From contig OZ024743.1 of NCBI GenBank assembly GCA_964016885.1, positions 128,650,001 to 128,714,000 on the forward strand: 64,000 nt of DNA, written 5' to 3'. Both the position numbers and the translations under genes were made by a program. This document shows positions 11,521 through 25,530 of the stretch, piece after piece; positions within the stretch are counted from its first letter, which is position 1; each line of letters starts with the position of its first letter. The notes beneath the pieces were generated by a model. It was not told the DNA's origin and did no database searches. It saw nothing but the letters and a program-made list of their open reading frames with translations. Source of the stretch: Eledone cirrhosa (lineage: Eukaryota).

Positions 11521-11531
<11 letters not shown>
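11366..11531. repeat. Foldback: 60-bp arms, 46-nt spacer, between (TA)n runs
   Basis: 11366-11425 vs 11472-11531 are reverse complements with one mismatch. Confidence 0.9.
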
Positions 11532-11606
<75 letters not shown>

Positions 11607-11982
11607 TATCACAAACCTGGACCCTAGGAATTGATGGTAAAATCCAGTACAGGGTTTCTGTGACACCTAAATCAATATTATTTTCTGCTTAAAACAATAA
11701 GCTTTTGGTATAATGATCGAACAAGGAATATCACGTTATCAACAGTAATTTTGTTCTGCGCCAGTGTTGTGGAAGACAGAGTGCTCCGTAAAAGCTCATG
11801 TGTAACTCACAGGGGAAAAACCCCAGATTTTGGCAAATGAATTCAGTATGTGTAAATCATGCAAAAAATTGCATAAATAGCACAAATCGAATAAGCTCTT
11901 GACCGGGTAGTTTTTAAAATAAATCTATACAATTAATCTGTCAATAGAATTATTAACAGGTTAATTGTAAGACTCGGGAGAG

Positions 11983-12075
<93 letters not shown>

Positions 12076-12376
12076 TGTGCTCAAATCTCTATGTGTACTT
12101 CTCGCAATATGCTGATTTATAAAGAGCCCGGAATCTGTTCTTTGAGCTCATTAAATCAATGTGGATCTTTAACTCCACATTTTTTCGTATAGATTATATG
12201 TATATATATATATAAAGGACGATTTATTATGTCTTCATTACGTTTATTGAGTAGTGACGCGCGTTTCCATATTGATTAGCTCAAGGTTCGATCTGTATCG
12301 ATCTAGCCCGACTCTGGAATCAAATGATTGTCGGACTTCTGGTGTGGGTAATGACAGAATATCATTATTACATTCT

Positions 12377-12567
12377 GCGGTGGATTGGCAGTATCGGTAG
12401 AGGGTCGGACGCCATGCTTTGACGTATAGAGTTACGGTCCTTGCCATTCTGAGTTCAAATCCCGCCGAGGTTAACTTTGCCTTTCATCCTTACAGGGTCG
12501 ATAAAATAAAGTACCAGTAATGCACTGGGTAATTTCTGGCCTTGTGCCAAACGTAGAAACAATTATT
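12377..12567 (+). mobile_element. tRNA-derived SINE (Octopus-type family), near full length
   Basis: A-box-like TGGCAGTATCGG, B-box GAGTTCAAATCC, body GCCTTTCATCC..GGGTCGATAAAATAAAGTACCAG, tail GGCCTTGTGCC..GTAGAAACAATTATT. Several other copies occur in the window. Confidence 0.75.
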
Positions 12568-12636
12568 ACACTCTGCTTAGTACCACACCTCTATACTTAC
12601 TGGAAGCTACGCATGGAGTGCTCACTCTGGTGAACC

Positions 12637-14310
12637 TACAGTAACTGTACGTTATAATCCCTATATATATATTGTACAGTAACTGTACGTTATAATCCCA
12701 ATATATATATTGTACAGTAACTGTACGTTATAATCCCAATATATATATTGTACAGTAACTGGACGTTATAATCCCAATATATATATTGTACAGTAACTGT
12801 ACGTTATAATCCCAATATATATATTGTACAGTAACTGTACGTTATAATCCCAATATATATATTGTACAGTAACGGTACGTTATAATCCCAATATATATAT
12901 TGTACAGTAACTGTACGTTATAATCCCAATATATATATTGTACAGTAACTGGACGTTATAATCCCAATATATATATTGTACAGTAACTGTACGTTATAAT
13001 CCCAATATATATATTGTACAGTAACTGTACGTTATAATCCCATTATATATATTGTACAGTAACTGGACGTTATAATCCTAATATATATATTGTACAGTAA
13101 CTGGACGTTATAATCCCTATATATATATATTGTACAGTAACTGGACGTTATAATCCCAATAAATATATTGTACAGTAACTGGACGTTATAATCCCAATAT
13201 ATATATTGTACAGTAACTGGACGTTATAATCCCTATATATATATTGTACAGTAACTGGACGTTATAATCCCAATATATATATTGTACAGTAACTGGACGT
13301 TATAATCCCAATATATATATTGTACAGCAACTGTACGTTATAATCCCAATATATATATTGTACAGTAACTGGACGTTATAATCACAATATATATATTGTA
13401 CAGTAACTGTACGTTATAATCCCAATATATATATATTGTACAGTAACTGTACGTTATAATCCCAATAAATATATTGTACAGTAACTGGACGTTATAATCC
13501 CAATATATATATTGTACAGTAACTGTACGTTATAATCCCAATATATACATATTATACAGTAACTGTACGTTATAATCCCAATAAATATATTGTACAGTAA
13601 CTGGACGTTATAATCCCAATATATATATTGTACAGTAACTGGACGTTATAATCCCTATATATATATTGTACAGTAACTGTACGTTATAATCCCAATAAAT
13701 ATATTGTACAGTAACTGTACGTTATAATCCCAATATATATATTGTACAGTAACTGGACGTTATAATCCCAATATATATATTGTACAGTAACTGTACGTTA
13801 TAATCCCAATATATATATTGTACAGTAACTGTACGTTATAATCCCTATATATATATTGTACAGTAACTGGACGTTATAATCCCAATATATATATTGTACA
13901 GTAACTGGACGTTATAATCCCAATATATATATTGTACAGCAACTGTACGTTATAATCCCAATATATATATATATATTGTACAGTAACTGGACGTTATAAT
14001 CCCAATATATATATTGTACAGTAACTGTACGTTATAATCCCAATATATATATTGTACAGTAACTGTACCTTATAATCCCTATATATATATTGTACAGTAA
14101 CTGTCTGGGATTATAATCCCAATATATATATTGTACAATAACTGGACGTTATAATCCCAATATATATATATATATATATTGTACAGTAACTGGACGTTAT
14201 AATCCCAATATATATATATATTGTACAATAACTGGACGTTATAATCCCAATATATATATATATATTGTACAGTAACTGGACGTTATAATCCCAATATATA
14301 TATATATTGT
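12637..14310. repeat. 38-bp minisatellite, ~43 copies
   Basis: Unit TACAGTAACTG(T/G)ACGTTATAATCCCAATATATATATTG with a variable TA count. Confidence 0.97.
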
Positions 14311-14492
14311 TGAGTTTTTTTCGGAATGTTTTGACTGCTGTTTCTTGTAAACAGACATTCGTCTCATTCTGACGTCATTAGCCCTGTTCTCCATGTGTGT
14401 TTATTTTCATAATTCCACACGAGGTGTACTAGCCTGCTTTTAAATAACCCTTTCTGACATATCTTAGCAGTGATTTTGGCTATCGTGTTTGA

Positions 14493-14573
14493 GCTCTACT
14501 GATGAACGGATACAACCGTGACTAACCACACTGAAAAGTTTCGTGAAATAGTCTTTTTAAGACTATATAGAGC
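14493..14573 (+). ncRNA. Type I hammerhead ribozyme (canonical core)
   Basis: Helix I GCTCTA/TAGAGC. Core CTGATGA at 14499-14505. Helix II ACGGA/TTCGT with a long loop. GAAA at 14545-14548. Helix III ATAGTCTT-TTT-AAGACTAT. AUA triplet, predicted cleavage after 14567. Confidence 0.8.
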
Positions 14574-14819
14574 ATTTGTAGTTTTTCCAAATTGAAGGAT
14601 AAGTATTTAACCTTAATTTTGTTCTGAGTTAAGACTCTATTGATTTTTGCCCTGGATTTCACAAAATCTATGGATAAAATTTCTGTCTTGACTTTTTTTG
14701 AATTGAGTTTGAATTATTTTCCCATTTCTTACGTTAAATATTTTCCATCTTGACGTTATAGTCACTTATATATTATGAAATACTGTTGGCTTCTTGCTCA
14801 CATTAATTTCTATATATTC

Positions 14820-14885
<66 letters not shown>

Positions 14886-15112
14886 CTATATTTAACCAGA
14901 TTGTATTTTCGTTGTTGTGGTGGGTTCTGTGGCTTTGTCCCCTTAACCACAATTTTCAATTTGTCACGCCATTTAACGCATGTTTATTACTCTAAGATGT
15001 AACTTATCGAGTCATCGATATCTTCTTATTGACTGCTTCGTGCAAAGCTCCGAATATTGTTTCTTTCGTGGATGCTGGTTGAGCGCCGCAACTTCGATTT
15101 TACTAACTTTCA

Positions 15113-15580
<468 letters not shown>

Positions 15581-16058
15581 AATGGGGATAGCTAGGAGCT
15601 GGAAAACCACGTGCGTTAACACTTGACTACCAGTCCTCCTAAGTATTTCGAGGTGAAACACCAATTTTCTGGATACCTGCCGATGACCACAGAAAATGGA
15701 ATTTTTCACTTTTTTTAAATTATCGTTGCGAAACTTATTTGGGTTTTGAAATTTAAATTTGTCTACGGAACAGGTTTGGATTTTAAAATTTAAATTTGTC
15801 CAGGTATCACGGCTATTGCCAATATGGGTTTGTTTTTATTGATTTATTATTTTAAATCGAGACAGGCAAACTGTATTAATCTAATTAGTATTTTTCAATC
15901 TAGCTAACTTGGTCATTTACAATACAAACACCTATATGATTATATTAGTGTTTATCATATATTAATTTATATTAACTTGTATTTCACGGCTCAGAAATGG
16001 TTCTTTCTTTGAGCTAATTAATTGTAAAAGACTCTTTGAGTTTATAACTCTAAATATA

Positions 16059-16106
<48 letters not shown>

Positions 16107-16111
<5 letters not shown>

Positions 16112-16233
16112 AACCAGTAAGACCCCGACAGCTGAGCTCAAGCCGTTTCGACGGCTAATTCTGGACTAATGTAGTCCAGAATTAGCCGTCGAAACGGCTT
16201 GAGCTCAGCTGTCGGGGTCTTACTGGTTCCTAT
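16107..16233. repeat. Perfect hairpin palindrome (62-bp arms, 3-nt loop) abutting (TA)n; contains the 3' half of a hammerhead
   Basis: 16107-16168 is the exact reverse complement of 16172-16233. The right arm has GAAA-CGGCT-TGAGCTC-AGCTG-TC (helix III plus GUC) but lacks CTGANGA. Confidence 0.9.
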
Positions 16234-16309
16234 TACCCACTCTACTACCTCAAGTATTGAGTACTTTGGTGCGTTATGGTCCACCTGGTTCCTTACCACA
16301 TTTCCTTCG

Positions 16310-17320
<1,011 letters not shown>

Positions 17321-17644
17321 TTATTTTATTTTTCCTTTCCTTCTTCCTTTTCCAGCCTCACTTTCATATAGATTGCATTTTTGTTTTTAAAATCCAACGT
17401 CAATAAATACGCCAGGATTTTTTCATTCTGATGATTGAAAGCAAAATTTGTTTGCTTTTAAGAAACCACTGGTAAATGAAATAATTGCCTTATGTTGTTT
17501 ATTACATAACTATATATATATATATATAACCAAAATTAAAATAAGGATGTCATGTCTGAGAGACATGCGCCATAACCTCTGTAGAATATGCTCAAAGATT
17601 CCAATGAATAGATCCGAGCATTTATATCAACTAGAAATCGATTG

Positions 17645-17710
<66 letters not shown>

Positions 17711-18832
17711 AACATATGAAACAATCACAAGGGATAATTTGTAAAGAGTGAAAGCACACACAGCTAGGTAGGTAACTAATTAAAGTTTAACGAGAACTTC
17801 AAATATAGATACCTTCAAATATAGATATAGGTATCTATATCTATGTTTGATATAGGTATCTATGTCTATACACCTGCCTGTTACTCCGGCCATCGCTCTA
17901 TTTCGTTTAACATTCTTTCAAATTAATTTCAATAATTTTCTTCTACCTTTTCTTTAATCATTATCAAACATAAATCGATTAAATTACGATGACTATTTCC
18001 TACCTATGTATCTATATATATCTTCGAACTGTTATTTTTAATTCGTACCTTGTTGGTGTCATTGTTGTTCTTGTTCAAAGATAGATACATTGGTAAATAT
18101 AGATAAATAGATTGCTATAAACTGGTAGGTAGATAAACAGGCAAGTGGGTAGACATAAAGGTAGAATGTTGTTCTACCACTGACCATCTTGTCATCACTG
18201 TGTATCTGGAGGAAAGATATCAAAGCACATACATGCCCAATTTACCAGACAAATCTAATACAAAATGGTTGTGAAAGGATGCATGTGTTTGCTATTATAT
18301 ATATATAAGGAAATCATAATAAAAAAAACGCACCTTGTATATCTATAAAAAAAAGACGGGACTCTATAACATGTTAAAAAATTTGGTGTTTAGCGAGCTT
18401 GCTTTTCTTACGTCATCATAAACATCTTTTTGGTTGTTCTTTTGTTGTTTTTCGATCATGTGGCTCTACGAGAGAATTGGAGCGAAAACTCAGAGCATTG
18501 CATACTGCCAATGTCATAGGAAACTCCATATCTAATATTTTGCAAAAAACAATCCAATTAGATTAAACAACGGAATAAGTATTATGCTCACATAGCCACT
18601 CAGTTCAGACTGATGATGGTAAAAAAATATAGTGTTTGTTGTGATGTGTGAGATAATGGTAGATATATAAGAGCAGATCGAGTCCACAACTTCCATGGGT
18701 GACCCTGAGCCAATTCTCTGCGAAGCACGAGTAACATGTGTTGCAAATAACTGCCACGCATATCAGTAATGCGCCTTTCTGAGGTCTGCGCCCTCAGTGG
18801 TGGCCTATTTAGTTTAATGGTACTACCGACTC

Positions 18833-18917
<85 letters not shown>

Positions 18918-19422
18918 CAACAGAAGACCGGACAGGAGATAGCTCTTTAAAGTTTTAATGTTGAAAAATATATTTCAATGGCCAAGTTACATAACGTAAT
19001 GTAACTTGAAATATGTATAGTGTTTTTTGCAATATTATATCTTTAATGGGATATTTCCAGTCCGACCTTCCTACACCAGCCACAGGATTCAACATCTACG
19101 ATAGATGAGTTACATAACGTAGAGTGCTTTTCATAGTATTAAATCATGGCTTGCTCAGCAGAATGACCAGTTTTACCAATTGGTAAACCACACACCATAA
19201 ATGATATATATAGCTATGTGTGTGTATGTGTGTGTCTCTGTGTATGTGCGTGTGTGTGTCAGTTTACGTATATATATATATATATGGATGTGTGGGGGTG
19301 GTGTTCTGTGTGTGTTAGTGTGCGGGTAATGCATATATGTTATGTGAATGTGTTATGTATATGTATTATGTTTATGTTATGCGAATATGTTATATATATA
19401 TATTATATATATATATATATAA

Positions 19423-19496
19423 CGGGGTCGATAAAATAAAGTACCAGTAATACACTGGGTTATTGCTGGCCTTGTGCCTAACGTAGAAACAATTAT
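19423..19496 (+). mobile_element. 3' fragment of the same SINE family
   Basis: CGGGGTCGATAAAATAAAGTACCAGTAATACACTGGG..GGCCTTGTGCCTAACGTAGAAACAATTAT matches ~12495-12567. Confidence 0.75.
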
Positions 19497-19727
19497 GTAT
19501 ATATATTATGTATATATATGTCGTGTGTAAATGTTATGTGTATATGGTATCTACATATATGTTATATGTATATGTTATGTGTATATATTATGCGTATATG
19601 TAATGGCTATACGCTGTTTGTATTTGAAGGCTAAATATAATTAGAATCGTGAAAGGGTAACAGCAGAATAGCAATACTAAATTACTAACTGATACGTAAA
19701 TAGAAACCCACACATACATAAATACAC

Positions 19728-19831
<104 letters not shown>

Positions 19832-21572
19832 CATTTAAGTTATTTTGATCACCAAAGTGTAGAATTGGTGGTTCTGATTTCACGGAATTAAAATTTCCAC
19901 CATATCTTCCAGTCCTGCTTTCTGTTGTAGATGACTTTTTACAAGCTTTTTTTAGCATGATATAGGTGTCTATTCTAAATATAACATATTTTTGTAATTG
20001 TATTGATGCACAAAAGTACCAAGTTTTATTATACTGCTTCTAATTCTGCTTTTGATATACGATGATTTCGATCTCGTCGCTTACAATTTGCTAAACAAAT
20101 CCATTTTGAGCACACGCATGCAATGAATTGTAAAGCAACATTCCCAGCCAGGGGCCCTCACCGTAAAGAAAAGAGAGAGGGGGGAGACGTACACACACAT
20201 TGACAGAAATACTACATAAGTTATAAGGAAAACGAACTACACAACACACAAAGAAAGCAAGTAGATCCTCCGTTGGTTTCCACGATAAGTATTTTAGTTG
20301 TTGGATCAACTGCTCTACCTATCGCTGCATTAGTTCATGTAGCTGAGTATTCCACAGACGCGTTTATTTTTAATGTAATCTTCAGGCACAACCAGCGTGA
20401 TACAGTGTGTAACAAATCAAACCCTTTGAATTACAGACAGAGTCAGTCTGACGAACTTTCACTCAGTTTTTGTCTACCTTGTTTCATTGGGTCGACACGT
20501 GCTCTGTGATGAAACTCAGGATGTTATGATTACGTAACGTACTTTTTATTAACTCGAAAATGTCTACACTGAACCTACCTGTCTGAGAAAGAAGACATTT
20601 TGAGGCTGATCTTTAAAAATCTACTATTCTTGGAGGTGCCATATATTGTCAAGGATCTTCTAACCACAATCAAAATCTTCCCGTAAATGGAAGTTACGAA
20701 TAGATGTATTTAGTTGCTTTATAGCTGCCCTTGCTTTTTACCTTTTTAAAAATTATTTTTGCTTCTTTTACCTCCCTTTTTCCTTCTGAGTTTTTTTTTT
20801 TTCTCTCCGCTTCTCTCTTGTTTTTGTTTCTTAATTGTAAGTAGTATTAGATAGTGCCCTTACTCTGCCTCGGCATACTAGCTCTATAAGGATGTTTAAA
20901 TTGATTACATAAATAAATAAATTAATTAATACACACATACATTAATTTATCAGTCATTATCAAATCTTAAAACTCAAAATCACTAACCAAAAAAGGTAAC
21001 TATATTGATACTAACCTCCAGATATATATGCCGTACGCAAAAATTAGGATTCCTCCGTCGGTTTCGACAATAAGCATTCAGTTGTACGACCAGTTGAATG
21101 TTCAACTCGTTGAACTAAAAGTAGCTAAATATTTCACAGACACTTGTATCTTTAACATAATTCCCAAGTTGAATCAGCGTGACACAATATGTGACATGGT
21201 CGGACCTTTGAATTACAGATACAATCTATCCGCTGAGCTTCCACAGTTTACATATACACAATGTCACTACGGCTGCTTGGATCGACCTGGAACATCAGTC
21301 TTGTTCTTTCGGACGTTCAACGCTCATGAAACCAGACAAAACCCCGGGCTTCGTCCAGCTCGTGCTGAGGATGGAAAGTAAGAAAATGGCCCTAAACTTC
21401 TGGCTGAGTCATAAGGGCGCCCTCCTAATACACTACGTGCCTTGAGCATTTTATACCTGGTGGAGTCCATCTCTCTCTATGTCGGAACACAGCTGATTTC
21501 TTTCAGAGAAAATGAGTGAGTGAAAGTGAGTGAATGAGAGAGCGCGGTGGGAGAACCGACTCCAGTTCTAGG

Positions 21573-21708
21573 CTGGTACTTTATGAATCTCGAAAGGATG
21601 AAAAGTAAAGTTGATTTTGGTGGGATTTGAACACAGGGCGCAGTGAGTCAGAACAAATACTAACGCATTTTTAATCCGACCCCTTAAAAATTCTGCCAAT
21701 TCGCCGCC
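21573..21708 (-). mobile_element. Diverged SINE copy
   Basis: Reverse strand reads GGCGGCGAATTGGCAGAAT..GTTCAAATCCCACC..CTTTTCATCCTTTCGAG..AAAGTACCAG. Confidence 0.65.
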
Positions 21709-22317
21709 TTCAAAGAATGGAAAAAGGGACATAAAAACGATAATTCTAATTCATGATAATTTCATTCAATTTTGTCCCATTCAATCATGCCACCTAAATC
21801 ATTATTCAAACTGGATGCTGATTAGTTAAACTAATAGCAGATTAGCTCTATAAATTAATAGACGTACAACATCCGTTTTTATAACATACCAGCTTTACTG
21901 TACATTAATTTTAGGCGGTTAAGCTTGTAAAATCGTATCCGTATTTGAGTTATTAACAATGTTTCTTAATTGCCAATTTAATATATTTTTTATTAATAAT
22001 TGCCCAAATTCCTAGGTTAATGTTTTAATATTCTTTTATAATTTAAAGTAACATGTCTCACATTCTTTCTAGGGTAACATATCCCATATTTTTCCCAGTC
22101 TAGGGTAACATGTCTCCATTCCCAAATTTTTCTCTAAACTAAACATCTAAAAACTAAAACACTAAATACCACAAAGTATTTTTATATAATTCTCCTATTT
22201 CTGTCATTCACGTTAGAATGGGTTTATTAGCACTTAAGTATTATCAAAGTCTGGGTCTTTGGATTTGCTTGTCCCATATGTTTGAAATAATATCTGTTCC
22301 ACTCTTCTAAAATATGA

Positions 22318-22540
22318 AGACGCGTGTCCTAGTGGTTATGGTCTCGGGTTCACGATCATAAGGTCTTGGTTTCGATTCCCTGGCCAGGGATGCGTTATGT
22401 CCTTGAACAAGCAGCATCTTTTACATTACTGAAAAAGTTACCAGAGGCATCTAGGGATTAGCCCTGTAACGGACTGACGTCCCGTCTAGTGAACAGTTTT
22501 GTACTTTCAGTTATTTAATGCCTATGTAACTAGGATAAGT
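22318..22540 (+). mobile_element. Second tRNA-derived SINE family, diverged
   Basis: tRNA-like head TGTCCTAGTGGTTA..GGTTTCGATTCCC followed by GCGTTATGTCCTTGAACAAG. Related inverted copy at ~28020-28192. Confidence 0.6.
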
Positions 22541-23232
22541 TTCGCGCTTCTTCCATCTTGTACAATCATAGAAAAATGGATGTAAAATAATAGGACCTTG
22601 CTTAGTATCGTGACTTGACCGACCACTTCCTTTTCGTGACGTTTGCCGCCGAGACTGCTGACGTCTTCGGTCCCCGTAATACCACTCTCCTCCGCAAAGC
22701 TGGAAGGAGCGCATCCCACCTGAGGAAGTAGCTCCGTGATGTAGAGTGTCTGATGTAGCCAGGTATCGCTGGCTGTTCTACGCGGTAATGCCTTTAACAT
22801 TTTGTTTGCAGGGCGCAATTGAGATATACCGCCTCGAATGGGGTGTAGAGTCTGCCAATTCTCCTCGCTAATTTTCTTTTATTGCAAACATTATATAATT
22901 TCTTTGAATTTGTTGAATAAACCACTATATTAGACCTTGTAGGGTAACAAAAATGTAGTGGGATTTGAAAGAGACAATGTAAGTGAAAGGTGTAGTCAAT
23001 CTTAACAGAAACATGACACTATAATAAATTATTCTTTTACTGGTTCAGTCACTAAACTGTGACCACACTGGGGCACTGCCCTAAAAGGATTTAGTCGATA
23101 ACATCGACTCCAGTACTTATTTTATCGATGTACTTTGTGGAACCGCTAAGTTACAGGATAGAAAGACAAATGCAAATACAAATATAAACACACACACATA
23201 CATACACACGCGCACACACACACTGACACACA

Positions 23233-23274
<42 letters not shown>

Positions 23275-23374
23275 ATAGTTGAAACAGAAAACAAAAAAAC
23301 AAAAACAAAGCGAAGAAGCAGTAGAAAGTGTGAGTATTAGGTTCACGCTTGAGAGAGTGTGTGTGTGGGGGGGG

Positions 23375-24330
23375 GGGGGGGGGTTTCGGGCATAATCCCT
23401 TCATCGGGAGAAAAGTGGGCAGGAAAAGAGTTCTGAGGGTGTGAGGGAGGGTGGTGGAAAGACATTAAAAGGGGGGAGAAAAAAGGGGAGGGAAAAAAGT
23501 TTTTAGAGGGTAAAAAAAATGAAAATGAAACAAGTGGTGAAAGGGTGTGTGGTGTGTGGGGATGGTGGTGGGTGGATGGAGGGGTGAGAGTGGAGAGGGA
23601 GACAGGGGCTCCGAGCGGGGGAGGGCAGAAGGTGGTAACTGTGTATGTGTGTAGGTGTACGTGTGTGTGTGTGTGTATGTGTGGATATGAATGTGAGAGT
23701 TTGGGGAAGAACGAGGTTCCATGTTCGGGTAATAGGAAAACCAGTGTGTACATGGGGTGGGGTGTAAGTCAGTGTGTGTGTTTGTGTGGATGGAGAGGGG
23801 TCAGAGGGGGCGTGTGGTTTCCGGAGGCCGAGTGCGTGTATGTGAGGATACGTATGTGTGTGTGTTTTTGTGTGGTGTGGATGTATGGTTGCGTGTATGC
23901 GAAAATAGTGTAAAGAATGTGTGTGTGTGTGTGCGTGTTCCTGGATGTTCTCCCACAGAGTATAGGAATGGATGTTGAAAATTCCGAGTATAACAGGGTG
24001 GATGCCTGGAGCGATGGACCAGTGGTGTAGAATCCTTGGTATGGTAATGAGGAAGTAGAGAGTTGTGGGATGCGTGCACAACAGGAAGTGGTCAGAGGGT
24101 CAAGGCAAGGCGAAGGATGTGGGAGGGAGGAAGGGGATAGCAGTAGGAAGGTGACAAGCAGGCAGTGGTAGGGAGGAAGGCAGCCGGAAAGGTGTTAGAA
24201 ATGGTCTGTATGTGGTGTGGAATGTGTGTGTGGAGGTGCGGTGGACAGAAGAGGGGATGGGTATGTGTGAAAGGTTGAGGGAGAGGGTGGCGGTGTAGGG
24301 GGGGGGTTGTGTTAAAAGTAGTGCCCCAGC
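23375..24330 (-). mobile_element. Highly degenerate PLE-like relic with a terminal hammerhead-like motif
   Basis: Strong purine/pyrimidine strand bias. The minus strand ends in CCCGATGA-AGGG-ATTATG-CCC-GAAAC (~23383-23408), a variant hammerhead core. No intact ORF. Confidence 0.3.
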
Positions 24331-24403
24331 ATGGCCGCAATCTAATGACTGAAATGAGCAGAAGATTAAAAAATATATGAAAGAATACGAAAAAAAAGTA
24401 ATT

Positions 24404-24476
24404 CGCCCAACGTGGGGCTCGAACCCACGACCCCGAGATTAAGAGTCTCGTGCTCTACCGACTGAGCTAGCCGGGC
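24404..24476 (-). tRNA. trnK-CTT: tRNA-Lys(CTT), solo copy, intact
   Basis: GCCCGGCTAGCTCAGTCGGTAGAGCACGAGACTCTTAATCTCGGGGTCGTGGGTTCGAGCCCCACGTTGGGCG: full cloverleaf, CTT anticodon, A/B boxes, T8 terminator 6 nt downstream. Confidence 0.96.
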
Positions 24477-24500
24477 TGCTGATGAGCAGATATAAATAAT

Positions 24501-24607
24501 TGTTTCTACTTTAGGCACAAGGCCAGCAATTACCCAGTTCATTACTGGTACTTTATTTTATCGACCCCGTAAGGATGAAAGGCAAAGTCAACCTCGGCGG
24601 GTTGACA
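24501..24607 (-). mobile_element. 5'-truncated SINE with a 17-bp target-site duplication, upstream of the solo tRNA
   Basis: Matches ~12461-12567 in reverse. GAGCAGATATAAATAAT is duplicated at 24484-24500 and 24608-24624. Confidence 0.8.
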
Positions 24608-25408
24608 GAGCAGATATAAATAATATTCTCTAATTGATAATGTTAGTTTGTTTTTTTGGTTTTTAACTTTTGTTTATTTTTTCTTTCACTATTTGGTGGG
24701 GTTGAAAAGAGCAGGCCCTCTAAATCTATTCAAGGCCTCAAGATGCGTGGGTGGGATGCTAGCAATAGAATGGACTCCGTTAAATGCACCCAAGGGCCAG
24801 ATAGTAGTATTGAACTAGACAACGGATTAAGTCAACCGTGCAGTCGGTATCTATACGTCTTAAAATGTTTCTTTATTTTATTTTTCATTAGTCTGATTTT
24901 ATAAGTTTAATTCGCCATTTCGGGGAGCAAGACTGCTGAAAACGAGTTTTATTTTATTTTATTTTTTGTCAAACTATGAAGAGGTGGTAGTGATGATACT
25001 TGGCTATTTCAATGCCTTAGTCTCGCTATCATCCGTAGTAATAACGTAAGTGCCTTGGTATGCGTTAAAGAATGTTAGAGGGAAGTACTAAGGATCCTGG
25101 TTGTAATGTGTAATTGAGTTTACTTGTCTTCTACCGTTTTATAATTTATCTTTTTTTACTCGTATTTCTTCTTTTTTTATTGATTTGATTCTTTTGAAAA
25201 TCATAAGCTTTATACGTATGGAATTTACGTAAAATTTAATTGGAATTGTAATCGTTACTGTCTTATTGAACGTTTTGTCAATAATATCCTTAATAAAATC
25301 AATTTGCCATCATATAGTGATACCTCTCAACACAGACACTCCGTCTTATTTGCCTTGGTATGTAGTTCGATTTCAAATTTTTATTTTACAAAAATAAATT
25401 ATTCACAA

Positions 25409-25530
25409 GGCAGTTAATCAGCCGAATCGTTGGATAGAATACTTTGTGAATTCGTTCAACTCCCACCGAGGTCAAATTTGCTTTTCATCCATTTGGGATC
25501 GATAAATAAAGTACCAATCGAATACTGGAG
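25409..25530 (+). mobile_element. Diverged SINE copy
   Basis: GTTCAACTCCCACCGAGGTCAAATTTGCTTTTCATCC..GATCGATAAATAAAGTACC. Confidence 0.6.

Noticed and set aside
12637-14310. CRISPR-like appearance (38-bp palindromic repeats)
   Set aside because: Units are directly adjacent with no unique spacers, there are no cas genes, and the context is eukaryotic.
22318-22390. Possible tRNA gene
   Set aside because: Acceptor and D stems do not pair and the sequence continues into a SINE body, so it is a SINE head.
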